The position numbers and the translations under genes are program-made. A stretch of DNA of 64,000 nt from Candidatus Woesearchaeota archaeon. Lineage in GTDB: Archaea > Nanobdellota > Nanobdellia > Pacearchaeales > GW2011-AR1. The notes under the pieces are model-generated. The model had not been told where the DNA came from, did no database searches, and saw nothing but the letters and a program-made list of their open reading frames with translations. This document shows positions 35,355 to 44,038 of this stretch, in pieces. Location of the stretch: positions 510,223-574,222 of the forward strand of contig CAZTFL010000001.1 in the NCBI GenBank assembly GCA_964612895.1, read 5' to 3'. How positions within the stretch are numbered: position 1 is the stretch's first letter; every line of letters begins with the position of its first letter.

Positions 35355-35751
35355 AAATATCTTTATCTATTTGAGATAACAATTCTTTAATAGATTCAGT
35401 TTGTTCTTTCCATTCTATTATTTCTTCAGATTCTTTTTCTCTTATTTTATCTATTGTAGATATTATGTTCTCTAATTCATTAATTTTTCTTTCTATAGAT
35501 AAAAAATTGTTCTTAGAGGAATTAAACTTATCAATTCTTACAAAAAAAGGCTGTTCTTCTTTTTGCTGAAAATCATCTTCAGAATTAATTTTCATTTCTC
35601 TAGTTGTTGTTGGAAATGATTGTATATTGTTTTGTTGTATATTAAAATTTTCATTATTTATTTTTTGTACTTCTCGTTGTATAGGTATTTCCACTTTTGG
35701 AGCAATTGGTGGTATTGGCAAAGAATTGTTATTTTGTACCCTTGATATCAT
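35341..35751 (-). CDS. Hypothetical protein
   Basis: ORF only; N-terminal P/Q/N-rich region and C-terminal helical region. Confidence 0.35.
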   Translation of the reverse strand: MISRVQNNNSLPIPPIAPKVEIPIQREVQKINNENFNIQQNNIQSFPTTTREMKINSEDDFQQKEEQPFFVRIDKFNSSKNNFLSIERKINELENIISTIDKIREKESEEIIEWKEQTESIKELLSQIDKDIFGKL

Positions 35752-35806
35752 ATTTTTAGGGACAAAAAAGTGTTTATATATATTTGTTGTAATTATTTAG
35801 TTAATA

Positions 35807-36727
35807 TTATTTAAATTTAAATTCTACAACATCTTTATCTTTTAATTCATGTCTTATTCCAACAAATTGTCCTGAAAATTTAGAGGATGGTCCCCAGATT
35901 TTTGAATATATTATATTTACCGAGGAACCTTTTAATATTTTTTCTGCTGCATCTCGTATTGTAGAATGTTTTTTTAAAATCATAGGCGTAATACTTTTTT
36001 CTTTATTTGGTTCTTTTGTATAAATTCTTATAATGGAAAATGTTTCAAAAATCTTCTTTTTTAAAGAATCTAATTCATTTTTTTTAATTTGATTTGAAAA
36101 GAAAATAATATCTAATTTTCTATATTTTGATTTTAAATTAGCACTTATTTTTCTTATTTCATCTTGAGAGTATTTGTCTATTTTATTAAATATATATATT
36201 TTTTTGGCATTAGATTTTATTGTGTTTTCTCCAATTTTTTTTATTTGATTCAAATCATCAAAAACGATTAGAAGCGTGTCGGTTGAATTTACTAATGATT
36301 TATTTTGGTAAGGAATTGGAGCATCGTCAATTATTTGTATTTTAACATCTTCATAATCAAAATTTCCAATTAGTGGTTGGGTTGTTGTGTGTGGGTATGG
36401 TGAAACCTTTGAAGGTGGATTATTTTGTGTTAATATATTAAATATTGTCGATTTTCCAACATTTTGTATCCCTAGTAGCAAACATTGCATATCTGTTTTT
36501 TTTATTCCAGACTGTCCTCCTTTTCCTATTTTTTTCTTTTTTTCTTGAGATTCTTTTAATTTTTTATATCTATTTGTTAGATTTTTTAACATATTCTCAG
36601 ACGATTTGTGTTTCGGGCATTCTTTAATCATTATTTCCAAACATTCAATCCTTTCTTCGTCTGTTTGTGCTAAAAGAAAATCCATTTCAGCTTTTTTATA
36701 AAATGGAGATTGATTTGTTGATGCCAT
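35807..36727 (-). CDS. DRG/Obg-family GTPase with C-terminal TGS domain
   Basis: G1 GIQNVGKSTIFNILT, G3-like IIDDAP, NKID (G4), and a TGS-like RDAAEKI...FVGIRHELKDKDVVEF. Confidence 0.75.
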   Translation of the reverse strand: MASTNQSPFYKKAEMDFLLAQTDEERIECLEIMIKECPKHKSSENMLKNLTNRYKKLKESQEKKKKIGKGGQSGIKKTDMQCLLLGIQNVGKSTIFNILTQNNPPSKVSPYPHTTTQPLIGNFDYEDVKIQIIDDAPIPYQNKSLVNSTDTLLIVFDDLNQIKKIGENTIKSNAKKIYIFNKIDKYSQDEIRKISANLKSKYRKLDIIFFSNQIKKNELDSLKKKIFETFSIIRIYTKEPNKEKSITPMILKKHSTIRDAAEKILKGSSVNIIYSKIWGPSSKFSGQFVGIRHELKDKDVVEFKFK

Positions 36728-36763
36728 AAATACATTTATATATTTCTCTTTTTATCTTTTTTG

Positions 36764-37462
36764 ATGATTGATGAATTTGGATATATTTTTAGAAAATCCA
36801 TTTCAGATTTTAAAGTGAATTTTAAAGATTTTTTTAAGACAGGATTGTTTCTTTATTTTATTCCTATTTTATTAGTTAATTTATTAAATCTTTATAAGCC
36901 AGATTCATGGTCATTTTTTGTATTAGAAATTATAAATTTTGTTTTATTATCGTTATTTTTTATTTATATCGTTTTGCTTCTTAATGGTAAGGTGAAAAAT
37001 ATTTTTGATAAATCTTTTAAAAAATTAGGTAAATTTTTATTTTTTCAGATAATCCTTGTATTCATTTTATTATTCCTATATTTATTATTAGTTATACCTG
37101 GTATTATTTTTTCAATTTTTTGGGTATTTTCATCTATTATTTTTATTCTTAATGATAACATTAAAATTTCTGATGCTTTGAAAAATAGTAAAAAGATAGT
37201 AAATGGAAATTGGTGGAGGGTGTTTGGATTCTTTTCATTTTTTATTCTTTTTTCAATATTTTGTGGATTTATTTATGGATTATCTTTTGAGTTTGTTTTA
37301 ACTTTATCAAATCTTTCGGATTCATTTGTTAGTGTTTTCTTTAATTCAGGATTCCAAATGTTGCTTTCAACTTTTTCTATTATTTTTAATTATAATGTCT
37401 ATAAGTTTTTTGTTGATTCTAAAAAACGAAATGGGATAGTAAGAAAAATTAATAAACTATGA
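36764..37462 (+). CDS. Hypothetical polytopic membrane protein
   Basis: ORF with about 5 TM segments. ATG 36764 is preferred over TTG 36761. Confidence 0.4.
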   Translation: MIDEFGYIFRKSISDFKVNFKDFFKTGLFLYFIPILLVNLLNLYKPDSWSFFVLEIINFVLLSLFFIYIVLLLNGKVKNIFDKSFKKLGKFLFFQIILVFILLFLYLLLVIPGIIFSIFWVFSSIIFILNDNIKISDALKNSKKIVNGNWWRVFGFFSFFILFSIFCGFIYGLSFEFVLTLSNLSDSFVSVFFNSGFQMLLSTFSIIFNYNVYKFFVDSKKRNGIVRKINKL

Positions 37463-37477
37463 TTTTTTATAGGTTGT

Positions 37478-37687
37478 ATGGCTTTTAATAATAATTTCTA
37501 TTTAATGCTTATTTTATTATTTGTTGCTTTAATTATAATTTTTATTTTAATATATTCTCTTTTTAAAAAACCTAAAATGAATTATTTCGAAACACAAAAT
37601 GATAATATTCAGAAGAATAGTTATAATATAAAAGTTCCAATGAATAGCAACCTAAATGTTCCAAGACGTCCTCCGAGAAGGTTTTAA
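37478..37687 (+). CDS. Small membrane protein
   Basis: ORF with one TM and a C-terminal PRRPPRRF. Confidence 0.3.
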   Translation: MAFNNNFYLMLILLFVALIIIFILIYSLFKKPKMNYFETQNDNIQKNSYNIKVPMNSNLNVPRRPPRRF

Positions 37688-37688
37688 T

Positions 37689-38369
37689 ATGAATTTAGGG
37701 GTTCTTTTTAGTGGAGGAAAAGATTCTACTTATTCTGCTTTTTTAGCAAAGAAATTTAATCATAACATAAAATGTTTAATAAATATTAATAGTAAAAATA
37801 AGTATAGTTTTATGTTTCATACACCTTCTGCATCTAGTGTTAAAATATTAGCAGATTCAATGGGAATACCTATTATAATAAAAAATAGTGATGGCTTGGA
37901 AAATGAGGAGTTGGACGATTTAAAGTATGCTATTATTGAAGCTAAAGAAAAATATAATATTGATGGAATTGTTAGTGGAGCTGTTATGTCTGTATATCAA
38001 GCTACTAGAATACAGGAAATTTGTAATGATTTAAAGTTAGAAGTTTTTAATCCTCTTTGGCAGAAAAATCAAATAGAAATTTTAGAAGAATTAATAAAAA
38101 ATAATTTTGAAGTTATAATAGTTGGTGTTTTTGCGTATCCACTTGATAAAGATTTTTTAGGTAAAAAAATAGATGTAGATTTTATAAAAAGAATAAAAAT
38201 ACTTAATGATAAATTTAAAATAAATCCGAGTGGAGAAGGTGGGGAGTATGAAAGTTTTGTTATAGATTGTCCATTGTACAATAGAAAAATTAAAGTTGTT
38301 GATTTTATTGATTATGAAGATGGCGATAATACATTTTTTAGAGAATTAAAATTGGAGAGTTGTTTATGA
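37689..38369 (+). CDS. Dph6/MJ0570-family PP-loop ATPase (diphthine-ammonia ligase-like)
   Basis: LFSGGKDSTYSA, MFHTP, SGAVMSVYQATRIQEIC, NPLWQ, PSGEGGEYESFVIDCPLY. The start is set at ATG 37689. Confidence 0.75.
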   Translation: MNLGVLFSGGKDSTYSAFLAKKFNHNIKCLININSKNKYSFMFHTPSASSVKILADSMGIPIIIKNSDGLENEELDDLKYAIIEAKEKYNIDGIVSGAVMSVYQATRIQEICNDLKLEVFNPLWQKNQIEILEELIKNNFEVIIVGVFAYPLDKDFLGKKIDVDFIKRIKILNDKFKINPSGEGGEYESFVIDCPLYNRKIKVVDFIDYEDGDNTFFRELKLESCL

Positions 38370-38905
38370 TAAAATTATTATTACTTTCCGTTTGTAAAGA
38401 AGATTTACATAATTTGGAATTTGTAAATCCATTAATAGAAATAATAAAAAATTTTAAATTATCATTTGAAGTGAAAAATTATAAAGAAAAAATTAATTTT
38501 GAGAATTATACACATGTTATAATTTGTGGGACAAGTTTGAGAGACAATGAATTTTTAGAAAATATTAATAATTTTTTATGGATTAAAGAATTTAAGGGAA
38601 AAATTTTAGGGATATGTGCTGGAATGGAGATTATTGGTCTTGTTTTTGGAGGGAGTTTTTTTTTAAAAACAGAAATTGGATTTTATTTTGAAAATTTTGA
38701 AAAGAATTTTTTAGGACTATTTGAAAAAGTACAAGTATATCATTTACATAATAATTATGTTACATTTGATGATAATTTTTATATTTTTTCTAAAAATGCA
38801 GACATTTGTCAGGCTGTAAAACATAAAGAACGAGAAATTTATGGATGTTTATTTCATCCAGAAGTTAGAAATCAAGAAGTAATAAGGAGTTTTATTAATG
38901 GATAG
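38366..38905 (+). CDS. Class I glutamine amidotransferase, GuaA subunit-A-like
   Basis: Nucleophile elbow ILGICAGMEIIG, His/Glu in LFHPEV, ICQAVKHKEREIYGCLFHPEV. ATGA overlap with the upstream stop. Confidence 0.65.
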   Translation: MIKLLLLSVCKEDLHNLEFVNPLIEIIKNFKLSFEVKNYKEKINFENYTHVIICGTSLRDNEFLENINNFLWIKEFKGKILGICAGMEIIGLVFGGSFFLKTEIGFYFENFEKNFLGLFEKVQVYHLHNNYVTFDDNFYIFSKNADICQAVKHKEREIYGCLFHPEVRNQEVIRSFING

Positions 38906-39671
38906 TATTGTTAAAAAAATAAAAGAAAAAAAAGAATTTTCAGGATTGCCCGATTCTATTGTTGAAAATGTTATAAAAGATTTATCTTCGAGTAGATATT
39001 CAGAAGAATTTTTAGTTAAGGAAGTTAGAAATAAATTAAGAAAATATTTTGGAGTTTTTTTAACAAATAAAGTTGTTAAACCAAAGGATATCATGGATTA
39101 TGATAGTGTTCTTAATAGTCATATTTCTAGTAAAAAAAGAAATTACAATGAATTATATAAATTTATATTTAATATTTGTGAAGATGCAGAATTTATTTTT
39201 GATTTTGGTTGTGGAGTTAATGGTTTTAGTTTAAATTATATTAATAAATATTTGTCAAATTTTAAATATATTGGTTTTGAGGCAAGTAAACAATTAGTTG
39301 ATAATTTAAATTTTTTCTTTAAAAAAAATAATTATGATGCATTTTGCAATTGGTGTGACATTTTAAATTTAGAATATATAGAAGAAAATATTAATTTACA
39401 AAGAAGAAAAATATTCTTTTGTTTCCAGATAATTGACGCATTAGATAAATTAGAGAAACACTTTAGTTTTAAATTTCTAAATATGCTTAAAAAAAATATG
39501 TTAGAAAATGATAAAATTGTTCTCTCTTTTCCAATAGAAAGTTTGAGTGGTAAACAAAATTTTAAAGATTCTAGAAAAGATTTATTTTTATTTATAGAAA
39601 ACAATTTTGATATATTAGCTGATAAAAAGTTTTTCGGAGAAAGATTCTTAATTTTGTGTAAAAGTTTATAA
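38898..39671 (+). CDS. FmrO/ArmA/Rmt-family SAM-dependent 16S rRNA methyltransferase homolog
   Basis: 257 aa. HISSKKR...FIFDFGCGVNGFSL and IVLSFPIESLSGKQN resemble ArmA's HSSTNER...ILDFGCGFNPLAL and FVISFPIKSLSGKEKG, as recalled from memory. Confidence 0.6.
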   Translation: MDSIVKKIKEKKEFSGLPDSIVENVIKDLSSSRYSEEFLVKEVRNKLRKYFGVFLTNKVVKPKDIMDYDSVLNSHISSKKRNYNELYKFIFNICEDAEFIFDFGCGVNGFSLNYINKYLSNFKYIGFEASKQLVDNLNFFFKKNNYDAFCNWCDILNLEYIEENINLQRRKIFFCFQIIDALDKLEKHFSFKFLNMLKKNMLENDKIVLSFPIESLSGKQNFKDSRKDLFLFIENNFDILADKKFFGERFLILCKSL

Positions 39672-39693
39672 AGTATTTTCGTTTATTTTTGTT

Positions 39694-39912
39694 ATGTTAG
39701 ATTTAAATGTTTATACATATTTTATTTTTGGAATTGTATTTATTTGGGATTTTGTTTGGAAAGGTATTGGTCTTTGGAAATCTGGAAGAAATAATCAGTT
39801 GACTTGGTTTGTTTGTATTTTGTTTTTTAATACGATAGGAGTATTACCTTTATTATATATTTTATTTTTTCAAAAAAGTAATTTTATTAAAAAAGTAGCA
39901 AAAAAGAAGTGA
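39694..39912 (+). CDS. Small two-TM membrane protein (DUF5652/PLDc_N-like)
   Basis: LWKSGRNNQLTWFVCILFFNTIGVLPLLYILFF. Confidence 0.4.
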   Translation: MLDLNVYTYFIFGIVFIWDFVWKGIGLWKSGRNNQLTWFVCILFFNTIGVLPLLYILFFQKSNFIKKVAKKK

Positions 39913-39913
39913 T

Positions 39914-41110
39914 ATGGTTATTTTTAATAAGAAAATTCTTCAAAATGGATTAACTATTTTACATGAAAAAAGAGATGTCGATGTAACTACTGTAATGTTT
40001 GCAGTTTCTTATGGTGCTATGTATGAAAATGAAAACGAGAAAGGAATATCTCATTTAATAGAACATTTATGTTTTAAGGGAACGGATAAAAGAAATACAA
40101 AACAAATTTCTGATGCATTAGAGTCAGTCGGTGGAGAACTGAATGCTTTTACTCACGAAGAAACAACTGCTTATTATGTTAGATTACCTAGTAATTATTT
40201 AGAATTGGCTGTAGATGTTTTAGGGGATATTTTTTTTAATGCAAATTTCCCAACTGAAGAAGTTGAAAGAGAAAAGAATGTTGTTATTGAAGAAATAAAA
40301 ATGTATCATGATAATCCTTCAAGTCATACAATCGAAATGTTAAAAACAAATTTATACGAAAAACCATATGGTATGTTTATTGGCGGAAATGAGAAAATTG
40401 TTAAAAACTTATCTCGTGATTATTTAATTAAGAAACATAGAGAAGTTTATATCCCAAAAAATTCTGTTCTTTGTGTAGTTGGAAATAATTCCTTTGAAGA
40501 TGTATTAAAATTCGCAGAAAATTATACTGGATTTCAAAGAGATGGAGAAAAAGTTCAAAAAATAAAAATTAAAACCATGATAAAATCTTCCTACGAATCT
40601 AGAGATGGAATTTTACAATCAAATGTAGCTTTGGGAGTTCATGTCCCATTTACTGATCGTTTGAGATTTGCTGTAGATATTTTTAATTCAATATTTGGGG
40701 AAGGAATGAGTAGTAAGCTTTTTGAAGAAATTAGAGAAAAAAGAGGATTGGTATATGTTATAAAAAGCGATATAGATATTGGAAGAAATTATGGCTATTT
40801 AATGATATATGCTGGGACAGATGAATCCAAGATAGACGATGTTATTAATTTATCAAAGAAAGTTTTTTATGATATGAAAAATACAACTCTGGAAGAATTA
40901 GAAAAAGCAAAGTTAAGAGTTATTGGAAATAGAAAAGTTCATAGCGAGGGGAGCAATGAGAGTGCTTTAAATCTTATATTTAATGAAATGAATTCAGATG
41001 CAAGAGATTATTATAATTATGATAAAAATATTATGTCTGTGACATTAGAGGATATAAATTTTTTAGTAGATGGTATTGAATTTTCAAGTTTTGTTTTAAA
41101 GAATAATTAG
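39914..41110 (+). CDS. M16 family zinc peptidase (pitrilysin-like)
   Basis: Inverted zinc motif HLIEHLCFKG, downstream E in NAFTHEETTAYY, and the typical two-domain length. Confidence 0.8.
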   Translation: MVIFNKKILQNGLTILHEKRDVDVTTVMFAVSYGAMYENENEKGISHLIEHLCFKGTDKRNTKQISDALESVGGELNAFTHEETTAYYVRLPSNYLELAVDVLGDIFFNANFPTEEVEREKNVVIEEIKMYHDNPSSHTIEMLKTNLYEKPYGMFIGGNEKIVKNLSRDYLIKKHREVYIPKNSVLCVVGNNSFEDVLKFAENYTGFQRDGEKVQKIKIKTMIKSSYESRDGILQSNVALGVHVPFTDRLRFAVDIFNSIFGEGMSSKLFEEIREKRGLVYVIKSDIDIGRNYGYLMIYAGTDESKIDDVINLSKKVFYDMKNTTLEELEKAKLRVIGNRKVHSEGSNESALNLIFNEMNSDARDYYNYDKNIMSVTLEDINFLVDGIEFSSFVLKNN

Positions 41111-41148
41111 CAAGATTTTAAAAAAGGAATTGTATCAATTCTTTATAT

Positions 41149-41219
41149 GATCCTGTAGTCTAATGGTAGAACGCGTCGTTGACTTCGACGAGGCCCAAGT
41201 CCGATTCTTGGCAGGATCA
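41149..41219 (+). tRNA. tRNA-Val (anticodon GAC)
   Basis: Hand fold: acceptor GATCCTG/CAGGATC, anticodon stem CGTCG/CGACG with loop TTGACTT, T arm CCAAG-TCCGATT-CTTGG. One D-stem mismatch and C at position 55. Confidence 0.75.
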
Positions 41220-41408
41220 GTATTAAATTCTTAAATATATATCAAATTTAATTAAATGTTTCTTAAATTAAGTACACATAGGTGTTCTTTCCAAAAAATA
41301 TATTTCAAATTTTAGTTTTTCTTATCTGTTTTATGTTTTAGAACATTTCCTCAAAGCGTTTTTCTCGCCCTCGACTTGTCTCGGGTTAGAGTCCTATTCA
41401 AATAAGAA

Positions 41409-41480
41409 AGCCTGTAGAGGGATTCTGACCCTCGACCCTCTGCTTACAAGGCAGATGCTCTAACACTGAGCTATACAGGC
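41409..41480 (-). tRNA. tRNA-Thr (anticodon UGU)
   Basis: The reverse complement folds as GCCTGTA-TA-GCTC-AGTGTTA-GAGC-A-TCTGC-CTTGTAA-GCAGA-GGGTC-GAGGG-TCAGAAT-CCCTC-TACAGGC-T. Confidence 0.8.
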
Positions 41481-41500
41481 ATATTAGTTTACTTTATTTT

Positions 41501-42067
41501 ATGTTTTTAAGTTTTATTATTGTAAAATTTTTTAAAGCTGTATATTTTTCTACTTATATGAGGTTGTATAAATATTTTTTATATATTTTGTTTTTTATTC
41601 TGTTTAGTTTGTTATTTATTTTTTTATTTAGATTTTTCAGTGAAAGACAAATTGATGATGTTAATCCATACATGAATTGTGATGATGCATATTTAAGAAA
41701 ATCAGATATATTTTATGTTGTTCCTAAATTTAAAAATATTCCTATAAACAATTCAAGAGATTGGTGTAATTATATTTTATCTTTAAACAAAACGCTTTAT
41801 TTACATGGAATACGTCATGAGTATAAAGAATTTGATGAAAACATTTCTTTAGATGATTTTAATGATTCTATAAATATATTTTATGATTGTTTTGGTTTAT
41901 ATCCTAGTAATTTTAAGCCTCCACAAATTGCTATAAGCTTACAAAATAAAAAATTAGTAAAAAGTTTTGGCTTTAATTTAGACTTAGAATTTAATCAAGT
42001 TTTTAATAAAGTTTATCATTGTAATGATAGTGGTTATTTTTCAAATAGATTCCATGATTTTATTTGA
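41501..42067 (+). CDS. Hypothetical membrane-anchored protein (start may be ATG 41558)
   Basis: ORF with an N-terminal TM. LHGIRHEYKEF is weakly reminiscent of DUF2334/deacetylase-like proteins. Confidence 0.3.
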   Translation: MFLSFIIVKFFKAVYFSTYMRLYKYFLYILFFILFSLLFIFLFRFFSERQIDDVNPYMNCDDAYLRKSDIFYVVPKFKNIPINNSRDWCNYILSLNKTLYLHGIRHEYKEFDENISLDDFNDSINIFYDCFGLYPSNFKPPQIAISLQNKKLVKSFGFNLDLEFNQVFNKVYHCNDSGYFSNRFHDFI

Positions 42068-42121
42068 AATTGTATTTTTTATAATAGAAATGTATTTAAA
42101 TAAAGTTAATAACATTTTATT

Positions 42122-42409
42122 ATGTTAAGAATAAAAAAGCTTGTTGATATGATGGAGAAACAGGTTTATACTGATAATGGTGAATTTTTTGGAAAGGTTG
42201 AAGAGATAAATGTTGTTAGTAATAAGATTGATGGTTGGAGAATTGTTGTAAAAGATGTTGCTATGGCTAATCTTTTGGCTGGTGCGCGAGGTATAATTGT
42301 TCCTCATCAATTCATTAAAGCTATTGGAGATATTGTGATTGTTAGTAAGAATGCAATTCCTATACAAAAAGAAGAGGATAATATTTCTGTTACAGAAGAT
42401 TCAATGTAA
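42122..42409 (+). CDS. PRC-barrel domain protein
   Basis: VYTDNGEFFGKVEEINVVSNKIDGWRIVV...IVPHQFIKAIGDIVIV. Confidence 0.6.
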   Translation: MLRIKKLVDMMEKQVYTDNGEFFGKVEEINVVSNKIDGWRIVVKDVAMANLLAGARGIIVPHQFIKAIGDIVIVSKNAIPIQKEEDNISVTEDSM

Positions 42410-42444
42410 GTATTTTTATAAAGTGTTTTGATTGTTTTTATAAA

Positions 42445-43986
42445 ATGGGTGATAATTTAATAATTCCTAGAGATTATCAGAAGGACATCTTTGAATCTGT
42501 CAAGGATAAAAGTTCTTTAGTTGTTTTACCTACTGGAACTGGAAAGACTTTGATTGCAATGATGCTTTCTGATTATAAATTTAAAAAATATCCATTAAAA
42601 AAAGTATTAATTCTTGCTCCAACTCGTCCTCTTGTTGAACAGCATTTAAATTCTTTTTTAAATTTTTTTCCAGAAGGCTGGGCAGATATGCAATTATTTA
42701 CAGGTAAAACTAATGCCGAGAATAGAAAAAAGATTTGGAGAACTGCTGAATTTATTTTTTCTACACCTCAGTGTATAAGTAATGATATTTCTAAAGAATT
42801 GTATGATTTAAAGGATGTTTCTTTATTAGTTATAGATGAAGCCCATAGGTGTTTGAAAAATTATTCTTATAATAAAATTGCGATTAGATATAAAATGCAA
42901 AATGAAAATGGACAAATTTTGGCATTAACAGCTTCCCCCGGTGGAGATAAAAAAACAATAGAAGAGGTTTGTAATAATATGAGTGTTGAAAATGTAGAAA
43001 TAAGAACAAGAAATTCAGAAGATGTCAAGCCATATTTGCAAGATTTAGAATTTGAAAAGATTTTTGTTGATTTTCCGAATGAGTTTTTGGAGATAAAAGT
43101 TTTATTGGACGAGATTTATAATGATAAGATTCGAGAATTGAAAGATAGAAAATTTTTATTTGGTTATGCTAATAGAGTAATGATTTTGAAGATTCAAAGT
43201 AGATTAATGTCTGATTTAAAAAAATCAAAAGATGGAAACAAGATGATTGGTGTTTCACTTTGCGCTCAGGCATTAAAAATATCTCATGCTATTGAATTGT
43301 TAGAAACTCAAACGATTGGTTCATTTGTAGAATATTTAAGAGAACTATTTAAACAATCTTCTGAAAAAATGTCAAGAGGAGTATTAAAAATAACTGGTGA
43401 CTTTAGATTCACTAAAGCTTATAGTTTAGCTTTAAGTTTAGGCAAAGAACATCCAAAATTATATGAATTGGGTAGAATAATAAAAGAAATGTTGGAAAAA
43501 AATCCTAATTCTAAAATAATTGTTTTTGCTCAATTTAGAGAAACTATTAATAAAATAAAAGATTATCTTAATAGTTTGAATAATGTTAAAGTTGGTGTTT
43601 TTGTTGGTCAGGCTATAAAAGAAAATACGCGTGGAATTAAGACCGGTCTAAAACAAAAAGAGCAGAAAGAGATGGTTTTAAATTTTAAAGAGGGAGTTAT
43701 TAATACTCTTCTTGCTACTTCAATTGCTGAAGAAGGATTGGATATTCCTGAAGTTTCGTTGGTTGTTTTTTATGAACCTGTTCCTTCTGCTATTAGAAAA
43801 ATACAAAGAGCTGGTAGAACTGCTAGACTTTCTCCTGGGAAATTGAAGGTTTTAATAACAAGAGGTACTCGGGATGAAATATATTATTATTCTTCTTATA
43901 ATAAAGAAAAGAAAATGCATAGCGTTATTGACGAAATTAAGAAAAACGGTTTGAATAATCATGATTCGCAGAGTACGTTGATTTGA
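42445..43986 (+). CDS. hef: Hef/FANCM-type SF2 helicase (stand-alone helicase half)
   Basis: PRDYQ, LPTGTGKT, VIDEAHR, LTASPG, TSIAEEGLDIPEV, QRAGRTAR. Confidence 0.85.
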   Translation: MGDNLIIPRDYQKDIFESVKDKSSLVVLPTGTGKTLIAMMLSDYKFKKYPLKKVLILAPTRPLVEQHLNSFLNFFPEGWADMQLFTGKTNAENRKKIWRTAEFIFSTPQCISNDISKELYDLKDVSLLVIDEAHRCLKNYSYNKIAIRYKMQNENGQILALTASPGGDKKTIEEVCNNMSVENVEIRTRNSEDVKPYLQDLEFEKIFVDFPNEFLEIKVLLDEIYNDKIRELKDRKFLFGYANRVMILKIQSRLMSDLKKSKDGNKMIGVSLCAQALKISHAIELLETQTIGSFVEYLRELFKQSSEKMSRGVLKITGDFRFTKAYSLALSLGKEHPKLYELGRIIKEMLEKNPNSKIIVFAQFRETINKIKDYLNSLNNVKVGVFVGQAIKENTRGIKTGLKQKEQKEMVLNFKEGVINTLLATSIAEEGLDIPEVSLVVFYEPVPSAIRKIQRAGRTARLSPGKLKVLITRGTRDEIYYYSSYNKEKKMHSVIDEIKKNGLNNHDSQSTLI

Positions 43987-44038
43987 TTTATCCTATTTTT
44001 TATTAAAGATTTAAAATTGTTTCTATTTTTTATTTTAT

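Noticed and set aside
41355-41400. GC-rich island (CTCGCCCTCGACTTGTCTCGGGTTAGAGTCC) just 3' of tRNA-Thr, considered as a split-tRNA half (as in Nanoarchaeum), a tRNA remnant or att site, or a small RNA.
   Set aside because: I could not fold any tRNA arm, C/D or H/ACA box or stable hairpin. It shares only 8 nt (GTCGAGGG on the minus strand) with the tRNA. Worth a covariance-model scan, but unsupported by eye.
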